A stretch of DNA of 64,000 nucleotides from an uncultured delta proteobacterium (GTDB lineage Bacteria > Desulfobacterota > Binatia > UBA9968), in contig CAVYTU010000012.1 in the NCBI GenBank assembly GCA_963771465.1, forward strand, positions 96,001-160,000, in the 5' to 3' direction. The notes under the pieces were generated by a model. That model was not told the origin of the DNA, made no database searches, and was given only the letters and a program-made list of their open reading frames with translations. Position 1 is the first letter of the stretch. Each line of letters begins with the position of its first letter. Below, piece by piece: positions 19,795-29,594 of the stretch. A program made the position numbers and the translations under genes.

Positions 19795-20097
19795 ATGAAT
19801 CTATTCGACCTGACAATTGGCCAACTCAAACGGGCTGCTTTGATTAAAGAGCAAATCGAGGATTTGAACAAAGAGCTGCGCGGTATCCTCAGTGGGACAG
19901 CCAAATCCGGAACGGCGCGAACGAACAAGCGAACCACGAGCGCTACTGGGAGATTGAACGTTGCCGCGCTGTCAGCGAAGCGTCCAGCCAAACGCGCTGC
20001 GAAAGTTAAGAAGAAGACGATGAGTCCGGCAGTCAGAGCGAAGTTGTCGGCCAAATTGAAGGCTTACTGGGCGGCGAAAAAAGCCGGTAAGAAATAA
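19795..20097 (+). CDS. Small Lys/Ala-rich basic protein with N-terminal coiled coil
   Basis: Coherent 100-aa ORF, C-terminal MSPAVRAKLSAKLKAYWAAKK, followed by a terminator. Confidence 0.8.
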   Translation: MNLFDLTIGQLKRAALIKEQIEDLNKELRGILSGTAKSGTARTNKRTTSATGRLNVAALSAKRPAKRAAKVKKKTMSPAVRAKLSAKLKAYWAAKKAGKK

Positions 20098-20121
20098 TCC
20101 TGTACGATTTCAGGATTAGCT

Positions 20122-20156
20122 AAGCCACCAAGTCGCGCCAAACTTGAGTGGCTTTT
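20122..20156 (+). terminator. Intrinsic terminator
   Basis: AAGCCACCAAGT...ACTTGAGTGGCTTTT hairpin plus T-run. Confidence 0.65.
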
Positions 20157-20210
20157 AATCTTAAAATATTCCCTTAACAGTTAGCGCGAAGATCAGCGGT
20201 CGAGTTCCGA

Positions 20211-20582
20211 CTATCTTCTTCGGCCCTGCGGGCGCCTGAAGAAAAAGGACGACTTGGAATCATCCGTCCCGCGAGCGGCCAGCTTCAGCATCTTTGCTAC
20301 CTTTCTCCCCATGACATCTACGACATAGTTAGATAGAAGATGATCGCGCGCGCTCTTGATCTTTTGCCGGACCACATTTTTGCGCACGTTATCCAACACG
20401 GCCATTCGCAAATCATCGGTCCGTAGCGATACCGTTGCTTCCCGCCCGCGGGTTGACAGTCGAAGAGAAAACCTTCCCTCTTGAGTCGGATCTAGCAAAT
20501 TGTATTCAAGTTTTTTATCGATGCTGCGGATAATGCCTCTCAACAACTCCGCGCTTTGTTTAACCGCTTCTCGTTCTGTCAT
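20211..20582 (-). CDS. Hypothetical basic protein
   Basis: 123-aa ORF with AAGGAG RBS; no recognised motif. Confidence 0.7.
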   Translation of the reverse strand: MTEREAVKQSAELLRGIIRSIDKKLEYNLLDPTQEGRFSLRLSTRGREATVSLRTDDLRMAVLDNVRKNVVRQKIKSARDHLLSNYVVDVMGRKVAKMLKLAARGTDDSKSSFFFRRPQGRRR

Positions 20583-20812
20583 GAAATCTCCTTGTTTACG
20601 GCCGATAACTAGTTTCCGAGGATGGCAAACATCCTAAAAAACCAACCTAAGAAAAGCGCAGCTCCCGCGTCACTACCATTATGATGCGACGTTGGAGCTG
20701 CGAAAGTTTTCCTCGATTCCCGGTGTGTCGGTGCCAGCCGACAGATTCGTTGCAGAGTAAAGCGGGGCAACCCGACCTGTTGCCCCAGTTAACTAGCTAC
20801 GAATTGGCAAGA

Positions 20813-21127
20813 CTACCAGCGATTGCGGCCGCCGTCGCGCCCACCGCCGCCGCCCCCGCCCCCGCCGCCATCACGCCGCGCCATCGGCTTGGCTTCATTG
20901 ACGGTTAGGGTGCGCCCATCTAGCTGAGTGCCGTTTAGCGACTCAATCGCCTTTTGCGCCTCGCTGCTGGAACTCATCTCCACGAAGCCAAAGCCCCGCG
21001 ATTGTCCGGTAAACTTATCCGAGATTACGTTGGCCGATTCCACCGACCCGTGCGCTGAAAAGATTTCTTGCAGCCGTCCTTCGGTAACCGAATACGGCAA
21101 ACCGCCAACATATAATTTACTACCCAT
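20813..21127 (-). CDS. RRM-domain RNA-binding protein with Gly-rich tail
   Basis: RNP2 LYVGGL, RNP1 RGFGFVEM; AGGAGG RBS. Confidence 0.97.
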   Translation of the reverse strand: MGSKLYVGGLPYSVTEGRLQEIFSAHGSVESANVISDKFTGQSRGFGFVEMSSSSEAQKAIESLNGTQLDGRTLTVNEAKPMARRDGGGGGGGGGGRDGGRNRW

Positions 21128-21331
21128 GTTCTCCTCCTATGAGAGAATTGATGTCTTTGACCCTGAGAATAAAAACTGCCATTAGGCAGAACATGGGCTA
21201 GTTGATGACTGAAAACCACGCTCTGGTCGGATTGTCCGTTGGGTATCGTTCGCAAGGAGAGAGACGGATTAGAGGCCTTCGGCGTTTGTATGCTCCTCTT
21301 TCAGAAGGCCTATTACTGAAGTAGGGAGGTC

Positions 21332-21360
21332 AGCCTACGTGTTTATAGCGTTACTGTCAA
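21332..21360 (-). promoter_or_regulatory. Sigma70-type promoter for the RRM gene
   Basis: TTGACA-N17-TAGGCT on the minus strand. Confidence 0.55.
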
Positions 21361-21401
21361 TCGCGCTCGGATTTTAAATTAGACTGGGGCACTCCCGATC
21401 A

Positions 21402-22202
21402 TCAGCGCCGTCCCCACGGCATGACGATCGTTTCGGTCGGTTGCGGCAGTTCCGGTTTGGAGATTTTGACCAGCGCGGTGTTGAGCATGCGCACTCGCGT
21501 CAGGCCTTGAGTGTATTCCTGCACCGCTTGTTCCCACCAGAAATGCTTAGGGATGGCGATTTTGGGATTGACCAGCTTGGTGACTTCGCGCGCTTCGGTG
21601 GGCGTGACGGTATAGTAGCCGCCGGCGATGGGGACGAGCAGGATGTCGATCTTGCCCATCATATTGAGCTGTTCAGGGGTCAACACATGGCCCAAGTCGC
21701 CGAGATGGGCAATACAAATGTCGTCAACGCGGAAGACGAAGATCGCGTTCTTGCCGCGCTGCATGCCGCGGCTCTTGTCGTGAAACGCGGGCACAACGTA
21801 AACCGAAACGTCGCGGATCGTCGTGGAGATTTTTTGCCAGTCCTCGCCGCCGGGGGTGAGTCCGTGCAGAATCACCGGCGTGCCGGGCGCCATGTGGACG
21901 CTGCTGTGCGGTCCGTGTTGATGGCTGGCGGTGACGATATGTTGCGGCAGTGTTGGCCGTGGCAAGTCAAAAGCGCCGTGCGGATCGGTCAAGACTCGCG
22001 TGCCTTTTGAAGACGTGATCTGAAACGTCGAATGTCCCAGCCATTCGATGGTCACCGCCGGCGCCGCGCTGGCGGCGGCGCGAAAGAGTTTCCCTTGGAC
22101 GACATCGAGCTCATGGCAAAAGGCCAGTGCACGCCGCGGCGACGTGATAAGTCCAAGCAATGTGAACGATGAGAATAAAAATACCTGGTGACGGCGTGTC
22201 AT
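21402..22202 (-). CDS. Exported MBL-fold metallo-hydrolase
   Basis: WLGHS, LTDP, SHQHGPH, HLGDLGH, IPKH. Confidence 0.85.
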   Translation of the reverse strand: MTRRHQVFLFSSFTLLGLITSPRRALAFCHELDVVQGKLFRAAASAAPAVTIEWLGHSTFQITSSKGTRVLTDPHGAFDLPRPTLPQHIVTASHQHGPHSSVHMAPGTPVILHGLTPGGEDWQKISTTIRDVSVYVVPAFHDKSRGMQRGKNAIFVFRVDDICIAHLGDLGHVLTPEQLNMMGKIDILLVPIAGGYYTVTPTEAREVTKLVNPKIAIPKHFWWEQAVQEYTQGLTRVRMLNTALVKISKPELPQPTETIVMPWGRR

Positions 22203-22234
22203 CTTGCGAAGGCGCGTTCAGAGTTAATCCTAGA

Positions 22235-24487
22235 CTAGATGAGTCCCCACTTCCTTCTCATCCACCATTCGACGCTGAGCAGTAATAAGATAATTCCAAA
22301 CGGCCAAAGCGTGCTCCACAGACGGGTTTGGCGCTGCTCGACGATTTGCGACGGGGCGACGCTTTCCAGCTTAGCGGCGATTCTCTCAACGGTCTTTTCG
22401 TTCCAGTCGTTGATCGAAATATATTCGCCTTTACTGGTCGCGGCGATTTGTTTTAACAGATCGGGGCGCGGCCGGCCATCGTCGGTTTCACCATAGGCAA
22501 ACGCGGCGCTAAAGCTAGATTTGTCTTTGCCCAAAACCTTCCCCCCCAGGCTCGCTTCGGCTTCGACTTGGTAGGTGCCTTCTTTGGTCGGGATAAACTC
22601 GCCGGTGTATTCACCTTCTTCGCTGTCGGCACTGGCGGCGACTAAAGCCGGTTCGCCCTCGGCACTGATCACTCGCAATTGCACCGAGGCTTGGCGCGTC
22701 GGCGTGAAGTCGTCTTTCAAGACTTTTAATTTGATCGCCACTTTCTCGCCGGGCTGTGCCGACGGGATGGGACGAAGCTGCACTTGCTCAAAGGATCGCT
22801 CTTGGGCTAACCAGCGCACCGCCTGGCGAATCAGCTTCAAGTGATTTTGCGGCGTCTCCTTGTTGCCAACGGCGATGAAATTCCAGCGCCAGGCATCGTC
22901 ACTCATGAGCGCAAGGGTCCGTCCTTTGCCGAAGCGGCCGATGGTCAAGAGTGGGGCGCCGTCGGTTGAAATCAGCGTTTCCCCCCGCGCGCTGCGCACC
23001 TGATTCAATCCGGTGAGCGCCGGCATTTTGCTCCAGGCCTCTTCGTTGGTTTTTGGATCAGGCAGCAGTCGCGTTACCGGATGGGCTTTGCCGGTGGCGG
23101 TCAGCACGGCATTCAGCGCCCCGCTCGACTTATAAGTTCCCTTGCCGTCGAGTTCCACCGGCAAGACCTCCTTCAGCGCGCTTTCACCGTAACCCCCGCT
23201 ATCGAAGGCACGCGCGCCGCCGAACATCGCCAAACCGCCGCCGTCGCGCACAAAGTCGCGCACACGCTCGAGATAAACCGGATTGAAATAGGCGCGATGG
23301 GAAAAATCGTCGAAGACAATCACGTCGAAATTCTTTAGCTCTTCGAGAAAAATATCGTCTATGGGAAAGGGAATCAGGCTCAACTGGCTCTCGGGCACGT
23401 CGACGCTGTCGCTCGGCGTGCGCAGAAAGACGAAAGAGATGAGCTCGATCAACGGGTCTTGCTTCATCGCCATGCGTAAAAAGCGATAGTTCCACGCCGG
23501 CGAGCCGGACAGCGTCAGCACGCGAATCTTGTCGCGCTGCACGTCGACTTTGAATTCTTTGTAATTGTTCTGGGTGATCTGTTCGCCGGGTTGGGCCGGC
23601 ATGCTCACGGAGAAACCGTGAGTGCCCAAATCTTTGGGCGTGAAGCTGAGCGTGATCTTTTGCTCGAAGGGATCGGCGTCGATGGCAATATTTCGCGTCG
23701 TGATGAGATTTTTGCCGCGATTGAAATACAGCGGCAGGGATTTTCCCTTCATGCCGGAGGCGGCAACGGTGAGATCGAGCTTGAACTCGCGGCCGCGAAA
23801 GGCGAACTCCGGCGCGCCCAACTTGGCGATGCGCACGTCGATGAAGTTTTCGGCATCGCCGACGCCGATCGTAAATACCGGTACCGGCAGCGGCGGCGCG
23901 CCGTCCAAAGATTGCCTATCGCCATTGGCAATACCGTCAGAAAATAGAACGATCCCGGACTGAGCCGCGCTGTCGCGCGCGGCCTGCTGCAACAATTCCA
24001 ACAACCGCGTGCCCGGATCTTGCGGTTTTAGACCAGCCAAGTTGCCCGGCGCGATGGATTCCAAGCTAGTGCCGAAGCGGATGACGCGAAGATCGTAGTC
24101 GCGATTGAGTTTATCCATCAGTGAGTCGTTTTTATTGGCACCCGCTTGGAGCTTCTCGCGTACCAGATCGAGCCGGCTTTGCGCCGACTTGCCCTCGACG
24201 TTGGTTTTGGCGCCGGCGGGGAATCCCATGCTTTGTGACGTGTCGATCAAAAGAGTCAGCGGCCGGCGCAGTTTGCTCACGCGCTTGTCGATCAATGCCG
24301 GACCGAGAAGAAAGAAAAGCAGTCCGATATAGACGACCGCGCGCAGCAGCGTGAGAAAAATCGCTTGGCCGACCAGCAGCCGTTTTTTCAAACCGAGAAA
24401 CTGCTGTAGCAATAACGCCGCGGTGCCGACACCGATGAGCGCCACTAACCAAACGGGCAACGTGCCGATGAGATAGAGATCTTGCAT
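22235..24487 (-). CDS. Membrane protein with vWA-like, Ig-like and GATase1-like domains
   Basis: N-terminal TMs, DTSQSM, FSDG, FVRDGGGLAMFGG, C-terminal EWWMRRKWGL. Confidence 0.85.
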   Translation of the reverse strand: MQDLYLIGTLPVWLVALIGVGTAALLLQQFLGLKKRLLVGQAIFLTLLRAVVYIGLLFFLLGPALIDKRVSKLRRPLTLLIDTSQSMGFPAGAKTNVEGKSAQSRLDLVREKLQAGANKNDSLMDKLNRDYDLRVIRFGTSLESIAPGNLAGLKPQDPGTRLLELLQQAARDSAAQSGIVLFSDGIANGDRQSLDGAPPLPVPVFTIGVGDAENFIDVRIAKLGAPEFAFRGREFKLDLTVAASGMKGKSLPLYFNRGKNLITTRNIAIDADPFEQKITLSFTPKDLGTHGFSVSMPAQPGEQITQNNYKEFKVDVQRDKIRVLTLSGSPAWNYRFLRMAMKQDPLIELISFVFLRTPSDSVDVPESQLSLIPFPIDDIFLEELKNFDVIVFDDFSHRAYFNPVYLERVRDFVRDGGGLAMFGGARAFDSGGYGESALKEVLPVELDGKGTYKSSGALNAVLTATGKAHPVTRLLPDPKTNEEAWSKMPALTGLNQVRSARGETLISTDGAPLLTIGRFGKGRTLALMSDDAWRWNFIAVGNKETPQNHLKLIRQAVRWLAQERSFEQVQLRPIPSAQPGEKVAIKLKVLKDDFTPTRQASVQLRVISAEGEPALVAASADSEEGEYTGEFIPTKEGTYQVEAEASLGGKVLGKDKSSFSAAFAYGETDDGRPRPDLLKQIAATSKGEYISINDWNEKTVERIAAKLESVAPSQIVEQRQTRLWSTLWPFGIILLLLSVEWWMRRKWGLI

Positions 24488-24490
24488 CGC

Positions 24491-25261
24491 TTACCGAGTG
24501 AGACGCTTGCGAATGAACGGAACGTGGATCAGATCGTCTTTGTAGTTTTCCGTCATGGCGTAAAGGATGAGATTGATTCCCAAATGAAAGGCATCCTTGC
24601 GCTGCGCTTCGCCGCCGGGCGTGCAGGCGTTGGTCCACTTGCCGACTTGATCGCGCTCCCAGGCGCCGCCGAGATCGTTCTGGCAATAAACCACCGGCAT
24701 GGCGTTGCCCAGCGTAATGCTTTCCAACGTCGGGCTGACGATGCGCACGCCGCCGATGCGGCGCAGGAGGTAATAACTTCTCAGCGCGGCGTGACCGGAC
24801 GGCACGCGTTTGAATTCGTTGGCCGGAAAAATTTTTTGCATCTCGCGGCGCACCGCCTTGTCGAAGCCAAAGCCTTGTTGCCCGAGCGCGTCATCGATCA
24901 GCAGAAATCCGCCGTAGGAAAGAAAGCGGCGCAGATTTTCCGTTTCTTCACCGCTAAACGGATCGAATTCATATTTTCCGGCCAAGTAGAGAAACGGATA
25001 ATTAAATAAATCGCGATCGGTGAGGTAGATTTCATGGCGCACCGTGGCCGCTTCGACGCTGGTACGCGCCATCAGCTCTTCCATCAAGGGGGTCACCGAC
25101 AGCGGATGGGGATTCCAATCGCCGCCGCGGTAGCGGATTTGCGCGAAGACGAACTGCAGGCGTTGTTTGTCCTGGGGATGATCGGCACGGGCCAGCTTTG
25201 GCAGAAGGGTCGTGCCGATTAAGCCTTGGGATAAAAGTTGGACGAATTTGCGGCGCTTCAT
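24491..25261 (-). CDS. DUF4159 domain protein
   Basis: Tat-like MKRRKFV, YRGGDW, YPFLY, GGFLLIDD, NDLGGAW, NYKDD. Confidence 0.88.
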   Translation of the reverse strand: MKRRKFVQLLSQGLIGTTLLPKLARADHPQDKQRLQFVFAQIRYRGGDWNPHPLSVTPLMEELMARTSVEAATVRHEIYLTDRDLFNYPFLYLAGKYEFDPFSGEETENLRRFLSYGGFLLIDDALGQQGFGFDKAVRREMQKIFPANEFKRVPSGHAALRSYYLLRRIGGVRIVSPTLESITLGNAMPVVYCQNDLGGAWERDQVGKWTNACTPGGEAQRKDAFHLGINLILYAMTENYKDDLIHVPFIRKRLTR

Positions 25262-25345
25262 AATAATGGAAGATGGAGAATTGATAATTGACAGCGGATC
25301 AGAAAGTTCTTCATTTACCGTTTTCAATTATTCATTATCAATTCG
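25262..25345. repeat. Heptamer-periodic inverted repeat
   Basis: ATAATGG AAGATGG AGAATTG ATAATTG facing TTTTCAA TTATTCA TTATCAA. Confidence 0.7.
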
Positions 25346-25348
25346 CTT

Positions 25349-27442
25349 TCAGAAGCGTTGTCCCAGCCATCCCTCTAACAGCAAGGTTACAATGAGCAGC
25401 GCTAGTAAGGGAAGAGCGAGATCGACTCGCTTGCCGCCTTCTTTGAGCGCTTCGACAGGGATCACTTCGGCGCGGATGGGGCTAAGCTTGCTCTGGAGTT
25501 CATTGGCGCTGATCTCATCTAATCTCGATTCGAGCAGCGGCGAGTTGACGGCGTAAAGCTGCGGCGCGCCGCTGTCCTTCTCGCCGCCCGCGGGTAGCGA
25601 TAGCCGGTAGATGCCGGCGCGGTCGTTGGCTTCGACAGTGGCGCGCGCGCGGTCTTTTTCCCCGGCGATGACGACGTCGGCATTTTGCTTATCCGGTTTG
25701 GTCACGCGCAGGGTCTTGCCGACGAAGCTCGGTGGCAAGGACAACTCTTTGACGGCGCCGACGGCAATGCCGCCGTCCAAGCTGCCGCGCTTGCCGCCGG
25801 CGAGATACTGGGTCAGCGACTGGATCAACGGTAGATAAACGGTCTTTACCGGTAGATCGCTCCAGTCGCGGTCGGCGCTGGTAGCAATCAGCATAACTTT
25901 TCCCGCGCCAACTCTTTGTTCGAGCAGCAGCGGGTCGCCGTTGGCCAGCGCGATCAATGGTTTGCCACCGCTGCGCGCGTAACTCCAGACACGCGCTGAT
26001 TTGATCGAGTCTTGGAGAATGGTGTCGGTAAATATTTGCAGCGCCGGATGAGCGATATCGATCTTGTCGATCTTCTCACCGGCGGATTCGGCGCCGGTTT
26101 TTTTATCGCGCAGCGGCGCGGGCAAAACTTGCGCCAGCTTTTGGTTATAATGATCCGGCTGGAATCGATCACCGGCGAAGATCAACAGGCCGCCTCCTTG
26201 GCGCAAATAATTTTGTAGTTTCGTCACGAAAGCGTCGGGGAGAGTCGCGACGTTACAAAGGACGACGACCTGATAGGCATCCAAATTTGCCGCGTTCAAA
26301 CCGTCGGTGACGATCACGCTCGGTAGAAACAATGACGAGTCGCGCTCGCCGGCGGGATGGAGCGCGCGGATCAGAAAAAAAGTTTCGCTTTGTACCAGTG
26401 AAGTCTGGGGATCGCCGTCGACCACGAGAATTTTGAGTTTGTCCTGTGCTTCGAGGGCAAAATTCGACACCGCGCTGCCGGCCAAGCCATCCTTCTTTAG
26501 CGTTACTTGGCCCGAGTGGGCGCCCGCTTGGGCGATTCTCGTCTGGAAGGTTACCGAGGTTTCGCCTTTGGGCGGCACGGTGGCGAGCTTTTGTTCCTTA
26601 CTCTGCCCGTCGATGCTCAGTTGCACGAGCAGCTCTTTGATTTCGCTGTCGCCGAAATTGGCGATGGTCGCTTCGATCTGGATCGGCAGATTGACGCCGA
26701 CGCCTTGGCTGCCCAAGCGAACTTCTTTGACGCTGCCGTTGAGCGGCTGTTGTTTTCGGCCGATGCGAATTAGTTTTAACGGAATCGCCGGATCGACCTG
26801 CTTCAGAGCGGCGACGGAGAACTGGTCCCAACCCGTCAGCCCCATGTCGGTGATAAAGCGGATTTCTTTTTCACCCGCCGGCTGGTTCAAAAGCTCATAG
26901 GCTTTACTCAAGGCGGCGGGAAGATTGGCCGTGCCGTCGGCGATCTCGATGCCGTCTAATTCTTTTAACAGGACATCTTTTTGGGTTTTGAGGCGAAACG
27001 CTTCTTTGCCGTCGATGTTCGTAGGTACTAGGGCCGCGCGGTCGCCGTCGTTCAGTGCCGATATCAACAGCCGCGCCGCCTCTTTGGCTTGCTTGAAACC
27101 ATTGCCGTCGCCGGCCCATTTCATGCTCAAGGAATTATCCAATATCAAGACGAGGGAAACCGGACCGCTGCCGGCGAATAGGCCGGCGCCGGATTGAAAG
27201 ATCGGATTGGCGAGCAGCAGGGCGAGACATAGGACCGCCAGAGTGCGCAGCGCCAAGAGCAGCCAGTGACGCAAACGGTAGCTGCGTGAGATGCGCTTCT
27301 GCGACAGCAGGATGAATCGGACGGCGGGAAAGCGGATGCGCTTTAAGCGGCGCCGATTGAGCAGATGAATCAGGACGGGCAGCGATGCCGCCGCCAGTCC
27401 GAATAGAAATAACGGATAGAGAAAGAAGACCGACACGCTCAA
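25349..27442 (-). CDS. BatA N-terminal / vWA domain membrane protein
   Basis: FLYP..PVLIHLL..F, LLLALR, DNSLSM MIDAS, ITD; start TTG 27442 or GTG 27436. Confidence 0.88.
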   Translation of the reverse strand: MSVSVFFLYPLFLFGLAAASLPVLIHLLNRRRLKRIRFPAVRFILLSQKRISRSYRLRHWLLLALRTLAVLCLALLLANPIFQSGAGLFAGSGPVSLVLILDNSLSMKWAGDGNGFKQAKEAARLLISALNDGDRAALVPTNIDGKEAFRLKTQKDVLLKELDGIEIADGTANLPAALSKAYELLNQPAGEKEIRFITDMGLTGWDQFSVAALKQVDPAIPLKLIRIGRKQQPLNGSVKEVRLGSQGVGVNLPIQIEATIANFGDSEIKELLVQLSIDGQSKEQKLATVPPKGETSVTFQTRIAQAGAHSGQVTLKKDGLAGSAVSNFALEAQDKLKILVVDGDPQTSLVQSETFFLIRALHPAGERDSSLFLPSVIVTDGLNAANLDAYQVVVLCNVATLPDAFVTKLQNYLRQGGGLLIFAGDRFQPDHYNQKLAQVLPAPLRDKKTGAESAGEKIDKIDIAHPALQIFTDTILQDSIKSARVWSYARSGGKPLIALANGDPLLLEQRVGAGKVMLIATSADRDWSDLPVKTVYLPLIQSLTQYLAGGKRGSLDGGIAVGAVKELSLPPSFVGKTLRVTKPDKQNADVVIAGEKDRARATVEANDRAGIYRLSLPAGGEKDSGAPQLYAVNSPLLESRLDEISANELQSKLSPIRAEVIPVEALKEGGKRVDLALPLLALLIVTLLLEGWLGQRF

Positions 27443-28329
27443 CCTCGCCAACTCAAGTAACTCGCCAAGGCTTGGTCGAGCGGCGTCGCCGTCGAGATTA
27501 GTTGATAGTCGATCGAGTCGGCGTGGCACTGCTTGCGCATGTCAGCGATGAATTCCTGCACGACTTCTTTATAAGTCGTGCGGATGGCGCGCGGGTCGGC
27601 GATGACTTGCAGATTGGCCGCTTCCAAATCCTCGAACAAGATATTGCCGTCGAAGGGCAATTCCAGCTCGGCTGGGTCGAGCAGATGAAAGACGATGACA
27701 TCGTTGCCTTTGAAACGAAACTGGCGCAGTCCCTTGAGGATCGCTTCCGGTTCGTCGAGCAGATCGGAGACTAAGACGATCAAGCCGCGCCGGCGAATTT
27801 GTCCGGCGATGTTTTCAAGAATTTTTCCGACGTTGGTTTCGCCGGCCGGGCCGCGGTTTTCCAAGGCATGGAGAATCTGTAGCAAGTAGTCGCGCTTGGC
27901 GCGCGGCGGCACGAAGGCTTCGACCTGGTCGGAAAATGTCACGACGCCGGCGGCGTCCTGCTGCTTGAGAATGAGATAAGCCAAGGACGCGGTGAGCGTG
28001 CAGCCGTAGTCGAATTTCGTGATGCCGTCCGAGGCGTAGTTCATCGACGCGCTGGCGTCGAGCACGAGATAGGCGCGCAGATTGGTTTCGTCTTCATACT
28101 CCTTGATAAAATAGCGGTCGAACTTGCCCAGCGCTTTCCAATCGATGCGGCGGATCTCATCGCCGGGCGAGTACTCGCGGTGCTCTTCGAACTCGACACT
28201 GAACCCCTTGGCGCGGCTCTTGTGCACGCCGGACATCAGGCCTTCCACCACCCAGCGCGCGCGTAAGCCGAGGTTGGCGATGCCGGCGAGGACTTTGGGG
28301 TCGAAATAGTTTTTGTCGTTGGTGGCCAT
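27439..28329 (-). CDS. DUF58 domain protein
   Basis: GVHKS, EFEEHREYSPGD, IDWK, DASASM. Confidence 0.95.
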   Translation of the reverse strand: MATNDKNYFDPKVLAGIANLGLRARWVVEGLMSGVHKSRAKGFSVEFEEHREYSPGDEIRRIDWKALGKFDRYFIKEYEDETNLRAYLVLDASASMNYASDGITKFDYGCTLTASLAYLILKQQDAAGVVTFSDQVEAFVPPRAKRDYLLQILHALENRGPAGETNVGKILENIAGQIRRRGLIVLVSDLLDEPEAILKGLRQFRFKGNDVIVFHLLDPAELELPFDGNILFEDLEAANLQVIADPRAIRTTYKEVVQEFIADMRKQCHADSIDYQLISTATPLDQALASYLSWRG

Positions 28330-28456
28330 GTCAGCGAACTACCCGTCGAGAATGGAGGGTCGATGATCGAGGATCGTTTCCCGCCATTACCGCGCGAGAT
28401 AAATTCTTACCACCGGCGTTTGAGATTATCTAGCCAGCTGCGCCCGTCCCGGACGA

Positions 28457-28526
28457 TTACAAATTACAGATGCCAAATTCCAGATTCGGGAACCCATGTG
28501 GAATCTGTAATTTGGAATTTGGCATC
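28457..28526. repeat. Heptamer-periodic inverted repeat
   Basis: TTACAAA TTACAGA TGCCAAA TTCCAGA facing TCTGTAA TTTGGAA TTTGGCA. Confidence 0.8.
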
Positions 28527-28539
28527 GGCAAAGCTCGCT

Positions 28540-29565
<1,026 letters not shown>

Positions 29566-29594
29566 GGGGCTTGTGGTTCTCCCTTACTCTGGGT

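Noticed and set aside
20828-20880. GCC/CCG microsatellite
   Set aside because: Encodes the poly-Gly tail of the RRM protein
25262-25327. N-terminal extension of the DUF4159 ORF
   Set aside because: It is the translation of the heptamer repeat; the Tat-like start at 25261 fits better
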